From Perna viridis (Eukaryota): 64,000 nt of DNA. The DNA is taken from assembly GCA_037379345.1 (NCBI GenBank), contig CM074514.1, forward strand, positions 4,092,001 to 4,156,000, read 5' to 3'. Below the pieces are notes generated by a model. That model worked only from the letters and a program-made list of their open reading frames with translations. It had not been told where the DNA came from and did no database searches. Both the position numbers and the translations under genes were made by a program. Below are positions 47,401 through 61,110 of this stretch, in pieces. Positions within the stretch are counted from its first letter, which is position 1; each line of letters begins with the position of its first letter.

Positions 47401-48685
47401 TGTAAAATTGAAGAAAATGCTTAATTCTGACCCTATTTTTGTCCCTTATTCCTACAAGCTATGAGCCATTACCTATCATATCCATCAAAATCTTCCAAGT
47501 AATTCCTCACAAACATATACATATATACTTGAGTTATACAGTTTTGAAAAATGCTTCAATCACTTTTCCTAAACAGGAGTATTAACTGAACCTTATGACA
47601 CAATTTCAAAGAGACCAATAAACTTTTCCAAAAGTTGATGTCTAACATCAGGAAAATGTTCCTCTTCTTCCCCTTATTCCTGATGTCAAAACCCTCAAAA
47701 TTAATACTATCTCCCTCCTTTCTTGGCACCAGCACCCTGACGTACAATTTCATAGGGATTCATAACAACAACCCCAAAATTAATCCCAGACTTCATTTTA
47801 TGGTCTGGCAATTACTTGTACAGAGTTATTGTCTGTAACCCGTCAAAATGTTTTTTCTGGCCCCTTTGTGGCCCAAAGTCCTAAGTGATTCATGTCATAA
47901 CCCCAAATGCAATCCCAGATTTCCTTTAGAAGTAAGGCACTTTGTGGTACAATTTCATAAAGATCCATATATTCAATATACTCAAATTATTGTCTGGAAA
48001 CCAAAATGTTCGTAAATGCCAGACAAAGAAGATGATGCAGACAATGACAGCATGATATACTGATTTAATGCAATATGATGGCAAAATTTTTGCAGCCATA
48101 TAAAATTTTCTCATGATAAAAAATGCACATTCAGTCAAACATTGTTAAGTAGGCAAAAATGTTCAAGGGTATTCAAGGTCGAGCATTACCTGGAAATAAT
48201 TTGATCAAAGATTGTTTCTGCATTTACATAATCTGTTGTGTATATGTACTTCACTATACAGGGTACTTTGTAATGTCTTGGAATATATTGTTTTAAAATA
48301 ATGAATAGCAGTGAGTGTTTAAGGAAATTTTATTTTTTATTTTTTCAACATCGAATAATATCATATACATAAATGCTCTTTTTAATGACTCACACTTGGG
48401 TATATCGTCAAACTGTGAGACCTACATTGCTATGATTAAATTTCAGATTCACTGGCAAAATGAAAGTAGCTGTTGAAATACATCTACTATTGTCTGTTTG
48501 ATGTTTAATTAAATGTTTAGATACGAATACAATTCATCTGTAATTTTTTCTATTATTATCAAAATATCTGATACCACTAATAGTGAGTAATAAAATTAAA
48601 ATTTCACTACACATGTTATTTCAGATTAACTAAATACACAAATTTAGCCATTGTCAAAAAATGATTTAAAAAGCCATGTTAATCA

Positions 48686-48971
48686 TTGTAAAAAAACACT
48701 TCGACCATGTTCGGTTTGTAAAAAAACACTTCGACCATGGTTTGTAAAAAAACACTTCGACCATGGTTTGTAAAAAAACACTCCGACCATGTTCGGTTTG
48801 TAAAAAAACACTTCGACCATGGTTTGTAAAAAAACACTTCGACCATGGTTTGTAAAAAAACACTTCGACCATGTTCGGTTTGTAAAAAAACACTTCGACC
48901 ATGGTTTGTAAAAAAACACTTTGACCATGGTTTGTAAAAAAACACTTCGACCATATTCGGTTTGTAAAAAA
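48686..48971. repeat. 26/30-bp minisatellite with an 82-bp higher-order period
   Basis: TTTGTAAAAAAACACTTCGACCATG(TTCG)G in the order L-S-S-L-S-S-L-S-S-L. Confidence 0.95.
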
Positions 48972-50627
48972 GTAATTGGTTTTCCGAGTTAATACATGTA
49001 GTCCACTTCAAGACATCATTAACATCAAAGTCCTACCAAGGAGACTGATTAAAAACCTCAAGTTTTCCAAGATTTGGATTCATCCATGTTCGAGTCATCC
49101 AAAGTAAAATTGTATTTGAGTAAGGGAAGTTTTGCTGGGACTATGAAATTGGTGTCAGTTATCCAAGAAATTCGACTCTTCCGAGTTCAACACAACACGG
49201 TTTGACAGAACTGTTTCAAAACAATATAATTTTAAAACAATGCTATAAAATGCTTCACATCATAGAAATCTTAAGTCTTCTTAAAAAACTTGTTTAGTCC
49301 CTTTTTGCACCCCCCTGTCCTATACAATACAGTGTTCCCCGAATTCAATTCCAGCCATCCTTTTGAGGTATGTAATCTTGTGATTCTATTTCAGAAAGAT
49401 CAATTCATTTTCACTTGACATGGTCAACTTCCTTTTGTGGGCTAATAACAATACCATTTTACCTGGTTCATGTAACAATGTTCTTCAGTGTTGAAGGATT
49501 TTCTATGAAAGAAATCAATGAAGACAGCTGCATGTCACCTCATCTTAAGAAACGGAATTTTCAGCCAATCAGACATAGTTAAACAGTACGCCAAAGAAAA
49601 TGTTAACAAAAGGCATTGGCAAAGTCCAACAAGACAACAGTTAAAATGAAGAGTTTTTGGAAGAAGTAGGTACTTGCATTTAACTTCGAGGTTTCCTCTA
49701 CTTATTGAGAGAAATTCATTATCTTTTTTCAGCACTGTACTCATGCAAATGACAAAATTTCTCAACACCCATTGTAAGAATTCCCAGTATTTCAATAGGG
49801 ATTGGTCTAAATAAGTTATTACTTCATCACAAGTATTAATATAGAAAGCAATTTTTTTCAGGTAACTTGTTTACTGGCAGAAGATAAACTAAGATAAAGA
49901 AAACAATAACCTTTTTTTAATTTCAACATCAAATTGTTAAGACTAATGCAACTGAAAACAGAAATAATCAGCAATGTAACTGCTGACTCTGTAGATTAAA
50001 CTTGATTTTCTTGCATTCTTTCTTAAAAAAAACATATAATTGTAAGAAAAGCCATATTGATGAAATACAAATTTTGCTTGTATTACAGATCTACAACATG
50101 TTGACAATCAAATAGTGTTTAGTGGTCTTTATTTGGCAGTCATTCATTTAGAAAAATCCAGAAAATGACTATATATTCTCGTATTTGTAGGTAAAAAGGT
50201 ATATAATGAAACATAGGCATGTATGTTACAAAACGACAATTTTCTTTAAATATTACTTCATTATATTAAATAAAACATTTGATCCCTGTGAACCCCACAC
50301 TCACTTAACACTAGACATTTATCCTCAAGAGATTTCTGTCACTATCAAAACTTCTTTTAGGGTAAACAACACAAAATCTAACTGAACAAAAACTATCTAG
50401 CTTGTCAATGTCTTTTTTTATCTTAATAACACTAAAAAATAGAAACAGTACCTGGGGGGACAACAAAATGATGACAAATGGACAGACAGTAAAAGATGTT
50501 ACACTATCTACAACTAGTTGTCTGGGGTATAATAAGGATTCCCATGTGTCCTAAACAATCTATGTAAAGAAATCCAACTGTTCTCATCCTGCAGCATCTG
50601 TCCATGAGTTAAGTCCAGCTCATCCTG

Positions 50628-51650
50628 TCACTTTGTTTTCATCTCTTGTAGAGGTATAGCATTAACCATTTGAGATATACCTGGTGAATTGTTTAGAGAA
50701 AATGAATTGATGTCCATAACCTGGTCAAATCTTTTACAAATGCATATAATTTTCTTAAAGGCCGTTTTGTATTGTTTATTCTTCCACACATAGATGATAG
50801 GATTTATAATAGAATTAAGGACTCCTAAAAATACCAAAAAGTTGGAAATAAAGGCTTGGTTATCATTGAACTCTACTGCCTGGATTACCTGGATAAAAGC
50901 AAATGGTAACCAACACAAGGAGAATGCCAGCATTACTATTGCCATAATGGCAGCTGTTTTGGTTTCTCGCTGAATACGAACATTGATGTTGAAGGATCCA
51001 ACACAGTTTGTGCCTGTTATTTTCTTCCTCAGTGACCAGGCAATGATAAACACTCGACAATAAATAATGAACATTATGATTGGTAAGACGATAAAATGTA
51101 AAGCAACTACCAATCTGTAGGATTTCCACATGACTAGCTCATAAACACATATCGGTGCTAGTGGGAAACTGTTATATCCCAGTAATGGTATGAGAGCCAA
51201 TGTTGCAGCATATGTCCAAACAATACAAATTAAAGTGTTAGCACGTTGCCAAGACATGATAGAATGATACCTCAAAGGATAAAGTACTGCAATGTGTCGA
51301 TCAACAACGGTAAAAAATAATGACAACAAGGATGATGTACTGGTAAAAATAATGACTTCAAATCGTAACAAACAAGCTTCTTTGATAAAACTCATCTCTG
51401 GATGGAAAAAGAATGATATCTGGAATGGCATTGTCAGTCCTAGATACAAATCTGCTACCGCCAAATTAGCAATAAATTTTCCTGTTGATGTTTGAAGATG
51501 ATGAAATGTTTTAAAGGCACACAGAACAAGAATGTTGCCACTTACTATCAGTATCATGATTATCATTTGGAATGTTACAATGATGACCTCGACCATTGTA
51601 AAATCCAAATACTGCGAATTTGTTGAATTTCCTGTCATCTTCAATGTCAT
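50628..51650 (-). CDS. Intronless class A (rhodopsin-like) GPCR, 340 aa, adenosine-receptor/GPR119-like, nested in an SMG1 intron
   Basis: Seven hydrophobic segments with GN (TM1), LAVAD (TM2), C3.25 and DRH (TM3), W4.50, CWLPF (TM6), NSIINPIIY (TM7). N-terminal N-S-T sequon. Position 3.32 is Ile, not the aminergic Asp. AATAAA on the - strand at 50128-50133. Confidence 0.93.
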   Translation of the reverse strand: MTLKMTGNSTNSQYLDFTMVEVIIVTFQMIIMILIVSGNILVLCAFKTFHHLQTSTGKFIANLAVADLYLGLTMPFQISFFFHPEMSFIKEACLLRFEVIIFTSTSSLLSLFFTVVDRHIAVLYPLRYHSIMSWQRANTLICIVWTYAATLALIPLLGYNSFPLAPICVYELVMWKSYRLVVALHFIVLPIIMFIIYCRVFIIAWSLRKKITGTNCVGSFNINVRIQRETKTAAIMAIVMLAFSLCWLPFAFIQVIQAVEFNDNQAFISNFLVFLGVLNSIINPIIYVWKNKQYKTAFKKIICICKRFDQVMDINSFSLNNSPGISQMVNAIPLQEMKTK

Positions 51651-52129
51651 ATCATATTTTTTTTTCAGTCTAAGAACTCAAGTTATTAACTTCAATAAAA
51701 TTGTGTGATATACAAAATGAACATGTTGATCCATGGCTGTATTACTGTAAATCCATTACAATAATTGACTGTGATGATGCTTTAAGTTCTCCCAAGACAT
51801 GGATCCAATCCTCCACAATTATCTGATTTCATTACCTGTAATTTACTACCATGCTTTCCAATGGAACTAAGATACCAAAGAAGATGAAAAAGCAATAATG
51901 AGGTATGCTTTTACTTGTGACAACCAATCCAAATCATTATTTAACTTATTTACATCATACAAATATCAGCATCTTTCTCTTAAACAATTTGACACAAAAG
52001 TGTTAGAATCAGTTATTTATGTAATGTGATTTTAAGACACTGTAAATTCAATATCTATGTATATATAAAATCTGATAAGATGGTTCATTTAGTGACTGTC
52101 TTCATTAAACATGTTCTCATTAAGCTACC

Positions 52130-53225
52130 AAACAGATTTTCCTTTCAGTTACTACTCCAAACAGATTTTCCTTTCAGTTACTACTCTTTAAACAGTTTTC
52201 CTTTCAGTTACTACTCTAAATAGATTTTCCTTTCAGTTACTACTCTCTTTAAACAGAATTTCCTTTCAGTTACTACTCTCTTTAAACAGATCTTCCTTTC
52301 AGTTACTACTCTAAACAGATTTTCCTTCCAGTTACTACTCTCTTTAAACAGAATTTCCTTTCAGTTACTACTCTCTTTAAACAGATCTTCCTTTCAGTTA
52401 CTACTCTCTTTAAACAGATTTTCCTTTCAGTTACTACTCTTTAAACAGATTTTTCTTTCAGTTACTACTCTAAATAGATTTTCCTTCCAGTTACTACTCT
52501 CTTTAAACAGAATTTCCTTTCAGTTACTACTCTCTTTAAACAGATCTTCCTTTCAGTTACTACTCTAAACAGATTTTCCTTTCATTTACTACTCTCTTTA
52601 AACAGATTTTCCTTTCAGTTACTACTCTCTTTAAACAGATTTTCCTTTCAGTTACTACTCTCATTATACAGATCTTCCTTTCAGTTACTACTCTAAACAG
52701 ATTTTCCTTTCAGTTACTACTCTTTAAACAGATTTTTCTTTCAGTTACTACTCTAAATAGATTTTCCTTTCAGTTACTACTCTAAACAGATTTTCCTTTC
52801 AGTTACTACTCTCTTTAAACAGAATTTCCTTTCAGTTACTACTCTAAATAGATTTTCCTTCCAGTTACTACTCTCTTTAAACAGAATTTCCTTTCAGTTA
52901 CTACTCTCTTTAAACAGATCTTCCTTTCAGTTACTACTCTAAACAGATTTTCCTTTCAGTTACTACTCTCTTTAAACAGATTTTCCTTTCAGTTACTACT
53001 CTCATTATACAGATCTTCCTTTCAGTTACTACTCTAAACAGATCTTCCTTTCAGTTACTACTCTAAACAGATTTTCCTTTCAGTTACTACTCTAAATAGA
53101 TTTTCCTTTCAGTTACTTCTTTCTTTAAACAGATTTTCCTTTCAGTTACTACTCTAAACAGATTTTCCTTTCAGTTACTACTCTCTTTAAACAGATTTTC
53201 CTTTCAGTTACTACTCTCTTTAAGC
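52130..53225. repeat. 29-33-bp minisatellite, about 35 copies (AAACAGATTTTCCTTTCAGTTACTACTCT[CTTT])
   Basis: Direct reading. Confidence 0.97.
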
Positions 53226-54084
53226 AGTTTTTTGTTACTGTTCATTAGAACAGGTTTTTGTCTATTTCATACAAATATCCTCCAGATTTCTATAGTTCTT
53301 TTTATTATTGTATTTTTCCACCATTGACCTGGAGTCCAGTACTTGTCATTATTTTCTTTATGTTCATAGTATAATAATTTTATACATAGTTTCACTTTAT
53401 TTATTTTTGGGGCCTTTTACATCTTGCTTTTTGGTATGCATTCTGCCTATCATTGAAGACTGTGTGGTGTACTGTAGAATTGTTTGTTACTTGACTTTTG
53501 ATGGATGACTGTCTTATTGGCAATTATACCACATCTCCTATTTTTACATTTCATTTAATGACTGCCCTTTGAAAACAGGTTTTCAATTCATCACCGTCTG
53601 TATAAACAGGTTTTCACTAAGTCACTACCCTCATTAAACAGGTTTTCAGAAAGTGACTACCTTCATTAAACAGGTTCTTATTTAGTCAATGTCCTTTTTA
53701 AACAGATATTCAGATATTTAAAGTTTCTGTTCAGACTAGTTACATTCCTTTTTACAGGTTTTAAGTTTACTTTGGGTTTTTCATATAGCATTAGTAATAA
53801 GTTATAAGCTTGAAGTATTGTGATGTCATGACTTACAACTAATTTTACATTTTTTGTGAAAAAAAAACTGTTGTTCTTTCTATTATAAAAGTATCTGTTC
53901 AAGCAGGTTTTCACTTCATAAATATGCTTATTAAAATCAGATTCAATTCCAGTATATTTATTGGACTAGAGGTGGAAATATAAGCATACATTGAAATATC
54001 TTCTACCAGACAGCATCATGATAGATATTGCTTATGACTTCATACAAAACCACAAAAAAAAAAACAACACACAAAACAAAAACA

Positions 54085-54863
54085 AACAAGAGGCTCCCAG
54101 GAGCCTGAATTGCTCACCTGGTTAAAATTTTGCCTTTCAAGGGCAATAACTCTAACAAGAAGTTGGGTGACAATTTTGACTCCATGAAGACTTTGGTAGG
54201 ACTTATTATGAGTATCTTTTCATCAATTGAAAGTTTCATTCTATCTACTATAGTTTTCAAGATATTGACTGAAAACTGCAAGAAAAGTAATTTTTTGCCT
54301 TTCAAGGGCAATAACTCTTATATTGAGTCGTCTGACAACTTTGATCCCTGAAGACTTTTGTAGGCCTTATAATAAGAATCATTTCAGCAATTGAAAGTTT
54401 CATTCTATCTATCATATTTTTAAGATATAGGCTGAAAACTGTAAAAAAAAAAGTCATTTTTAGAATATATCAGCAATTGAAAGATAATGGCCAAACCTAA
54501 TGGTTTTGGAGATATATGCAAAAAACTACTGTACAACTCCTATGTTCTATTTCTAGTAATGACAGCCATGTTTTTTAACCGATCAGAAATCCAAACAGCG
54601 ATTTTGTTAAGGATACCCTAAAAAACAAAAATAAAAACTTTCATTGAATTCCTTAAGGTAGTTTCTGAGGAGAAAATTTTTGAAAGTAATAACATCATTT
54701 TGTGCCGGATACTCTAAGGAACAGTCATTATGAGTTTCATGCAAATCCATTCAGTAGTTTCAGAAGAGAAGATGTTTGAAGAAATTGTCAATGACGACGA
54801 CGACGACAACGGAAGCCAAGTGATGGCAATAGCTCACTTGGCCTACACCCAGGTGAGCTAAAA
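54085..54863 (+). mobile_element. Non-autonomous Helentron-type (HINE/pearl-like) element, apparently full length
   Basis: 5' AACAAGAGGCTCCCAGGAGCCTGAATTGCTCACCTG; two ~165-bp internal repeats; (GAC)n; 3' hairpin AGCTCAC...GGTGAGCT; A-rich flanks. Confidence 0.78.
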
Positions 54864-55351
54864 ACAATTAAAAAAAATTTGCAAAATGCAGCATGATAAG
54901 CCCACAGCTAGCTGAACTCTGCTGTGGACACAGTATTAGTTTAACAACTTAAAATTAGGGACTTACATTTAGTTCATTATGGACACAACAACTGGTTTTG
55001 GTAAATTATTGCACAATATTTCGAAATTCAATTTAAGTAAAAAGATCCGTAGAAAACAAAAAAAACAAGCCAAAACAGCCATCCAAAAATGATGGTTTTG
55101 GCCTCTTTGATCCCTTGTTACTCAAAAACTGTGAGAATGCAAGAATTAAAAAAAAATCTAAAATGGACCAGAATAAATACATCAGTTTTTTTTGTTTTTT
55201 TTGTTAGTGTAGCTCCATTGGCCCCTTATTACTCATTTTTAAATTAACAAATATTTTACCCCTTTTGGCCCCTTTTTTTTGCAGAATGGTAGTGGCCAGT
55301 GACACCATTTTAGCAAGCTACCTCGAACAGCAAGTAACAATATATTAAAAT

Positions 55352-56220
55352 CAAGGGTCCGGAAATTTTGACAGTCCATGCCGGATGTTTTATCAAACTT
55401 AGCAGACGTTTTTATCTGTCAGTCATTTACATGCTCAGATCGAAAATTAACTTAAAAAACGTTTGTATAAAGTTATTTTAAGATAAATATTGGAAAGGGT
55501 GTTGTTTCATCACATACTCCGTCTTTTACAAAATATCAGAGCGAGTGAATGAGTTTGGTTTCGACCACACACGGACATTCTAACATATAAACAAAACATC
55601 ATATCTCAGACTTTTTCATCCCATAGGCAAACATGTGGTCAAAAAACTTCTGATTGACAAAAAAAAATGTTTGTTATTTGTAAAAGAAAATCACAAACAC
55701 ATTTTGTATATTGATTTAAATGGTCTGTTGACTTCTGTGTTAAAATGATTCAATCGATGAATTAATAATTACAAACTACGACTGATTCGTAGTTTCAATT
55801 CCATGTGCTTTCGTTACCTCTGAAAGATTGGCGGGAAAACAGTGGACTTGTCAATCTTTCTTCTTAATTAATCAACTAATAATTGTATGAAGATTCTTCG
55901 AGTTACTTCAGTGAATTTGTATACACAATGGGGCTGCACGTGTACCATTAATTCAATTATGCAATCAACAAATCAGTTACAGGTAAATCACAGTCACAGA
56001 TGGCCACACATCGGCTATAATTGATGCCCATCCGTCGATCAATTTCCAATAAACAATTAGGAGACTGGTAGACAGGATATTTATATGCTAATAAAACCAC
56101 GCAGACAGTAATTCATAAGAGTTGATAATTTTTTTATGTCCGATATTGGAAAATGGTCGTCGATCATTTGCAAAATTTGTCGGTCAATGACCTGCATTTT
56201 TTACCATTTCCAGATCCTTG
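55352..56220. mobile_element. Non-autonomous hAT-type DNA transposon (MITE)
   Basis: TIRs CAAGGGTCCGGAAAT / ATTTCCAGATCCTTG; 8-bp TSD ATTAAAAT (55344-55351) / ATCAAAAT (56221-56228). Confidence 0.78.
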
Positions 56221-56432
56221 ATCAAAATGTCATGAAGTTAAAAAGTTGTAAAACAATTAAAGGTATATAGCATATATGAAATGCTTGCTTATGAACTTTA
56301 TCACAATTGCTGTCACTAAATGTTTGTTGGTAAAATAAAAACCTCAGGTTTTCACATTACTTCCATTAGTCTGCACCATCAAGTCCACCAATATATATTG
56401 GGCCAACCTTATAATATTGATCTCATTCAGAT

Positions 56433-57224
56433 GTGGCAGAGGAAAGTGTTGAGAGTCTTGATGTGACTAGTATTCATAGTGAAGGTACAGTGACAAAGTC
56501 TGATATAGAAAGTGCAGTTAACTGTTTGGTGAAACAAAAGGACTTAAAACAGGTTGTCACAGACATTGTTACCCAATTATTGGAGAATTTCAAACAAACA
56601 ATATCAAAAGAATTTGAACACAAACTTGTAGAAAGAACCGGGAAATTGCAAGATCAAATTGATTCATTGTACATGGTAAATGAAAACCTGAATGAAAAGA
56701 TCAGAAAGAAGGATAAGGTTATACAAGAACTAGAAGAAAGGGTGGTGGATAGTGAGAGAAGATCCATAGATGCTCTAAAACTTGCAAACTACAATGAGCA
56801 GTATTCCAGGAAACATAATATACGTATGCTAAACTTCCCAGAAAAGAGAGGTGAATCACTCAGAACTGATTTTGTTGATTTGGTGAGGAAAGACCTGAAA
56901 GTAGACATTGAACCTGATGACATCCAGGCTATACACAGAATTCCTGGTAAGAAGGGGGAGGTAAAACCAGTTATTGTGAAAGTGAGAAATACGGACATTA
57001 AAATCAAAATCATGAGGTAAAAGAAGAAACTGAATAATGAAGTGAAGTTTCATGATGACGTTACACAACGTAATCTGGGACTTATGGCAAGGATGAAGAA
57101 ATATACAGAACTTGAGAACGTGTGGTTCTATAACTGTAACATTTATGGTAGAAAACCTGAAGGTAACAGAATCAGGTTTGACATTTTCGATGATATTGGT
57201 GAGAAAATAAAAAAGGGTAATTAG
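56433..57224 (+). pseudogene. LINE ORF1 (coiled coil plus RRM/CTD), interrupted by an in-frame TAA at 57018-57020
   Basis: NEQYSRKHNIRMLNFPE, IQAIHRIPG, KPVIVK; the same frame continues KKKLNNEVKFHDDVTQRN...VWFYNCNIYG. Confidence 0.88.
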
Positions 57225-58148
57225 AATGTAATGTCATAACAAACATTTCATACATACAGTTGCATCTTCCATTTCATTTTTCTGTTTTATTTCAAGATAA
57301 AGCTGATAGTTACTGATTAATCAGCTGTTTATAATATAGGGGAGACAACTCTAATTTTATGTAGATATGAAATAATTTGTGTACATAACATGTCCTTTGC
57401 AAGAAGGGTTAATGCAGTTTCTTTTTCCATTTTTTTTTTTTTTTTTTTTTTAAAGATAAATTTGAAATAAATACTTTATAGTTTTTGAAATTATAATATT
57501 GATTGATGTAATAATTTATGATCAATCATTATTCTGTTGTTGTATATAATACAGGGGAGACAATTCTAGGTCAAACACAATGATTCAGATGCAATATATG
57601 ATAAATGATTTACAATCTTTATAAATAAAATATATGTACATATTTGTTTATTTTGATGTCCTTCTATAGAACGCAAGTTCTTTTCTTGCTTCCCCATTAA
57701 ATTTCTAATAATTACTATACAGGTAACTAAATACTTATAATGCAGTTGCTTAGTTTGATGTCATACTTAGGGTGAAAATTCCTGTTTTTGACATTGAAAA
57801 ATAAAGATACATTGATTGTTTTCTTGTTCCTTCCCTCTATAATAAATGTTTTATATTGCTTAAGGGTTAGATTTGATTTATTTCTCATTTTCTTAAGTGA
57901 ATTATTTGAAAAAAAGGTCTCTCTTTGGAATAATTGCCAGGATTAAAAAAAAGTAACTGATATTACAGTGTAAATGTTTATGTTTTGTCAGACTGCAAAA
58001 ATGTGAGAATGTTAGTTGTACTGTTTCATATAAACCATCTTATTATAGAACGTGTGAAAGAGTATGTGTGTGAAATTATCTTGTTTTGTATGTATGGTTT
58101 ACTCTTAATAAATACTGTTTTAATTTTTGAAGCTTTGCATATCACATA

Positions 58149-61110
58149 ATGAATAATAACATTACAGTTCTGTCTATGAATGTAAGGGGTCTATTTTCAA
58201 ATCCTAAAAAGAGATCTGATGTTTTTGATTGGGCAAAAGGTAAAAATGCTTCAGTCGTTTGCTTTCAAGAAACACACAGTTGTAAAGAAGTTGAAAAAAA
58301 GTGGGAAGATGAATGGGGTAATACATGTATATTCAGCCATTTTAATAATAGAAGTGCTGGTGTTTGTGTCATGTTTAAAAGTGGTCTTGATTTTACTATT
58401 CATGGATCAAAAGCTGATGTAAATGGTTGTTATATTGTTCTAGATTTAACCTTGTACGGGCAGAGATTGACTTGTGTTTGCTTATATGGATATAATAATA
58501 ATAACCCCACTTTGTTTGGTGAAATTTTTCAGTGTATTGCTTTTTTTTCTAACACAAGTTTGTTGTTATGTGGTGACTGGAATGTTGTTCAGGATAAGAG
58601 CATTGATACATACAATATTATGCATACTGGAAATCCTAATTCACATAAAAAGATTGAAGAATTGATAGAAACATTTGAACTACTTGATCCTTGGAGAACT
58701 TGTTTCCCAGAAGAAAGAAAGTATACTTGGCGACAAAGTTCTCCAATAAAACAAAGTAGGTTAGATTATTTTTTGGTTACTGAAGATCTGTTTTCTCTCA
58801 TGAAGAACACTAAAATTATTTCTGGGTACAAAACAGATCATTCGGCTATACTTTTTACATTTTCTGCCAGTCTTGCTAAGAGAGGGAGGGGGTACTGGAA
58901 ATTTAATTCTCAGCTGCTTCGAGATCTTAATTATGTAGAAAAAGTTAAGATGTGCATAAATGACCCAGTATCTGAATACTATTCTTCTGGAGATGTGAAT
59001 GACCCTTTGAATGTTCAACTTTTATGTAATGATCAGTTGTTTTTTGAAATCCTTAAGATGAAGATTACAAGTATGTCAATATCATACAGTATTGCAAAGT
59101 TGAGAGAGGAAAAGGAAGTGATTATTACTCTGGAAAAAGATATACAGAATCTAAAAGATGTTATGAATTCGGCACCTGATGCCAATACATTATTATCCTT
59201 AAATCAGAAGAAGTCTGAGTTAGAAAATAAAAGAGAACAAAAAATAGAGGGCATTCTACTTAGATCAAGAGAAAACTGGCATGAAAATGGAGAAAAATGT
59301 TCACAATATTTTTGCAAACTAGAAAAAAAAAGTTTTATTAAGAAAACCATTACTGAATTAATAGATGAGAAGGGTAATCACATTTCTAATCATTCAGAAA
59401 TTCTTCTTGAACAACAGAAATTTTATAAGAATCTGTATTCAAGGAGAATCTTTAGCACTGATGATGAATCTTTTTTCAGTCACAATGTTAAACTCACAGA
59501 AGAACAAAGAAACTTCTGCGAGGGTAACCTTACATATAAAGAATGTGCGGAGTCACTGAAAGTAATGGTAAATGGAAAGAGTCCAGACTCTGATGGTTTT
59601 ACTGCCGATTTTTACAAATTCTTTTGGAAATATATTGGTCCATTTCTTTTTCATTCTCTGAAATTCGGATATGAATCAGGAACTTTTTCAGATTTTCAAT
59701 ATCAGGGAATTATTACTTGCATTCCAAAAGATGGTAAAGACAGACATTTTATGGGCAATTGGAGACCTATTAGTTTATTAAACACTGATATAAAAATAGC
59801 TTCCTCTGTAATTGCTTATAGAATGAAATCTGTATTACCATCTATTATTAGTGATACTCAAAAGGGATTTATTAAAAACAGATTTATAGGTGAGAATACT
59901 CGATTGTTGTATGATTTAATGCATTATCTTGAACAGCATGACAAAACCGGTTTATTATTACTTGTGGATTTTGAAAAAGCATTTGATTCGATTGAATGGG
60001 AGTTTTTGAACAAAGCACTTAAAAGTTTCAATTTTGGTCCATCTGTTTCTAAGTGGCTTGAAATTTTCTATTTGAAGGCCAGAGGTTGTGTTATAAATAA
60101 TGGTCATATGTCAGACTTTTTCAGTCTTGAGAGAGGCTGTCGACAAGGCAACCCCCTTTCACCTTATTTATTTATTATTGGAGTGGAATTACTTGCTATG
60201 AAGTTAAAGGCTAATAAGAATATTAAAGGCATTGAAATTAAAGATAATGATATATTATTAAGTCAGTATGCTGGATGGTAGTGAAGTTTCATTGAAAGAA
60301 ACACTTGATTGTTTTGAGTCTTTTTATAAGGTATCTGGTTTTAAGATGAACACTTCCAAGACAAAGGCTGTTTGGGTTGGAAATAAAAAATATTCAGATC
60401 TCGTTCTTTGCCCAGATAAACATCTTCACTGGACAAAATTAATACAACTTTTAAGTTCAGTGCCTAACTTACCTCAGTCAAAGTTAAAGGAGTTAAATTC
60501 CCTCTTTACAGTTTTATATGGGATGGGAAAACTGATAAGATCAAACAGACCACTTTGATTGGTGATATTGCACAAGGGGGATTGAAGATGATACACCTGC
60601 AGTCTTTTAATAATTATATTAAAGTTAGTTGGATAAGGAGACTGATTAACAATTTGGATGGGGATTGGCAAAAATTACTTTTATATCATGATCTAAAAAA
60701 CTATGGCAGTGATAGAGTTTTAAACCTCCAGAAAGAAAAACTAAAAGAAATAATGGATGTATTAACAAATCCATTCTGGAAAGATGTATTTGAGAGTATG
60801 TACTTAGCAAAACCAGATACAAAAGTTTGTATTAAAGAAATTGTATCGTTAGATATTCTCAATTTTGTAGATATGTGTGATTCTCCTTTTTATGTTAAAT
60901 GGAAACAATATGGTGTACAATATTGATCTAATTGATCCTCAGAACAAGAATTTTTGTACATTTCAACAAATGAAACAGAAGATTAATACAAACAATTTTG
61001 TCAAAGATTATAGTCTGATCTCAAATGTTCCAAAATGTTTTAAAGATCACATAAAAGAAAATACTGAAACGTCTTCGCCTGTATCATGTTCAGAGTATCT
61101 GTTTATGGAG
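58149..61110 (+). pseudogene. LINE ORF2 (APE endonuclease plus reverse transcriptase), disrupted from the YADD motif onward
   Basis: MNVRGL, FQETH, GDWN, SRLDYF, TDH (APE). KSPDSDG, NWRPISLLN, QKGF, DFEKAFD, RGCRQGNPLSP (RT). SQYA is joined to LDGS by a frameshifting deletion. Confidence 0.93.

Noticed and set aside
48666-49011. Three overlapping repetitive ORFs
   Set aside because: Products of the 26/30-bp tandem repeat.
50628-51650. Assigning the GPCR as a biogenic-amine receptor or giving it a gene symbol
   Set aside because: Lacks the TM3 Asp3.32; orthology cannot be fixed without a phylogeny.
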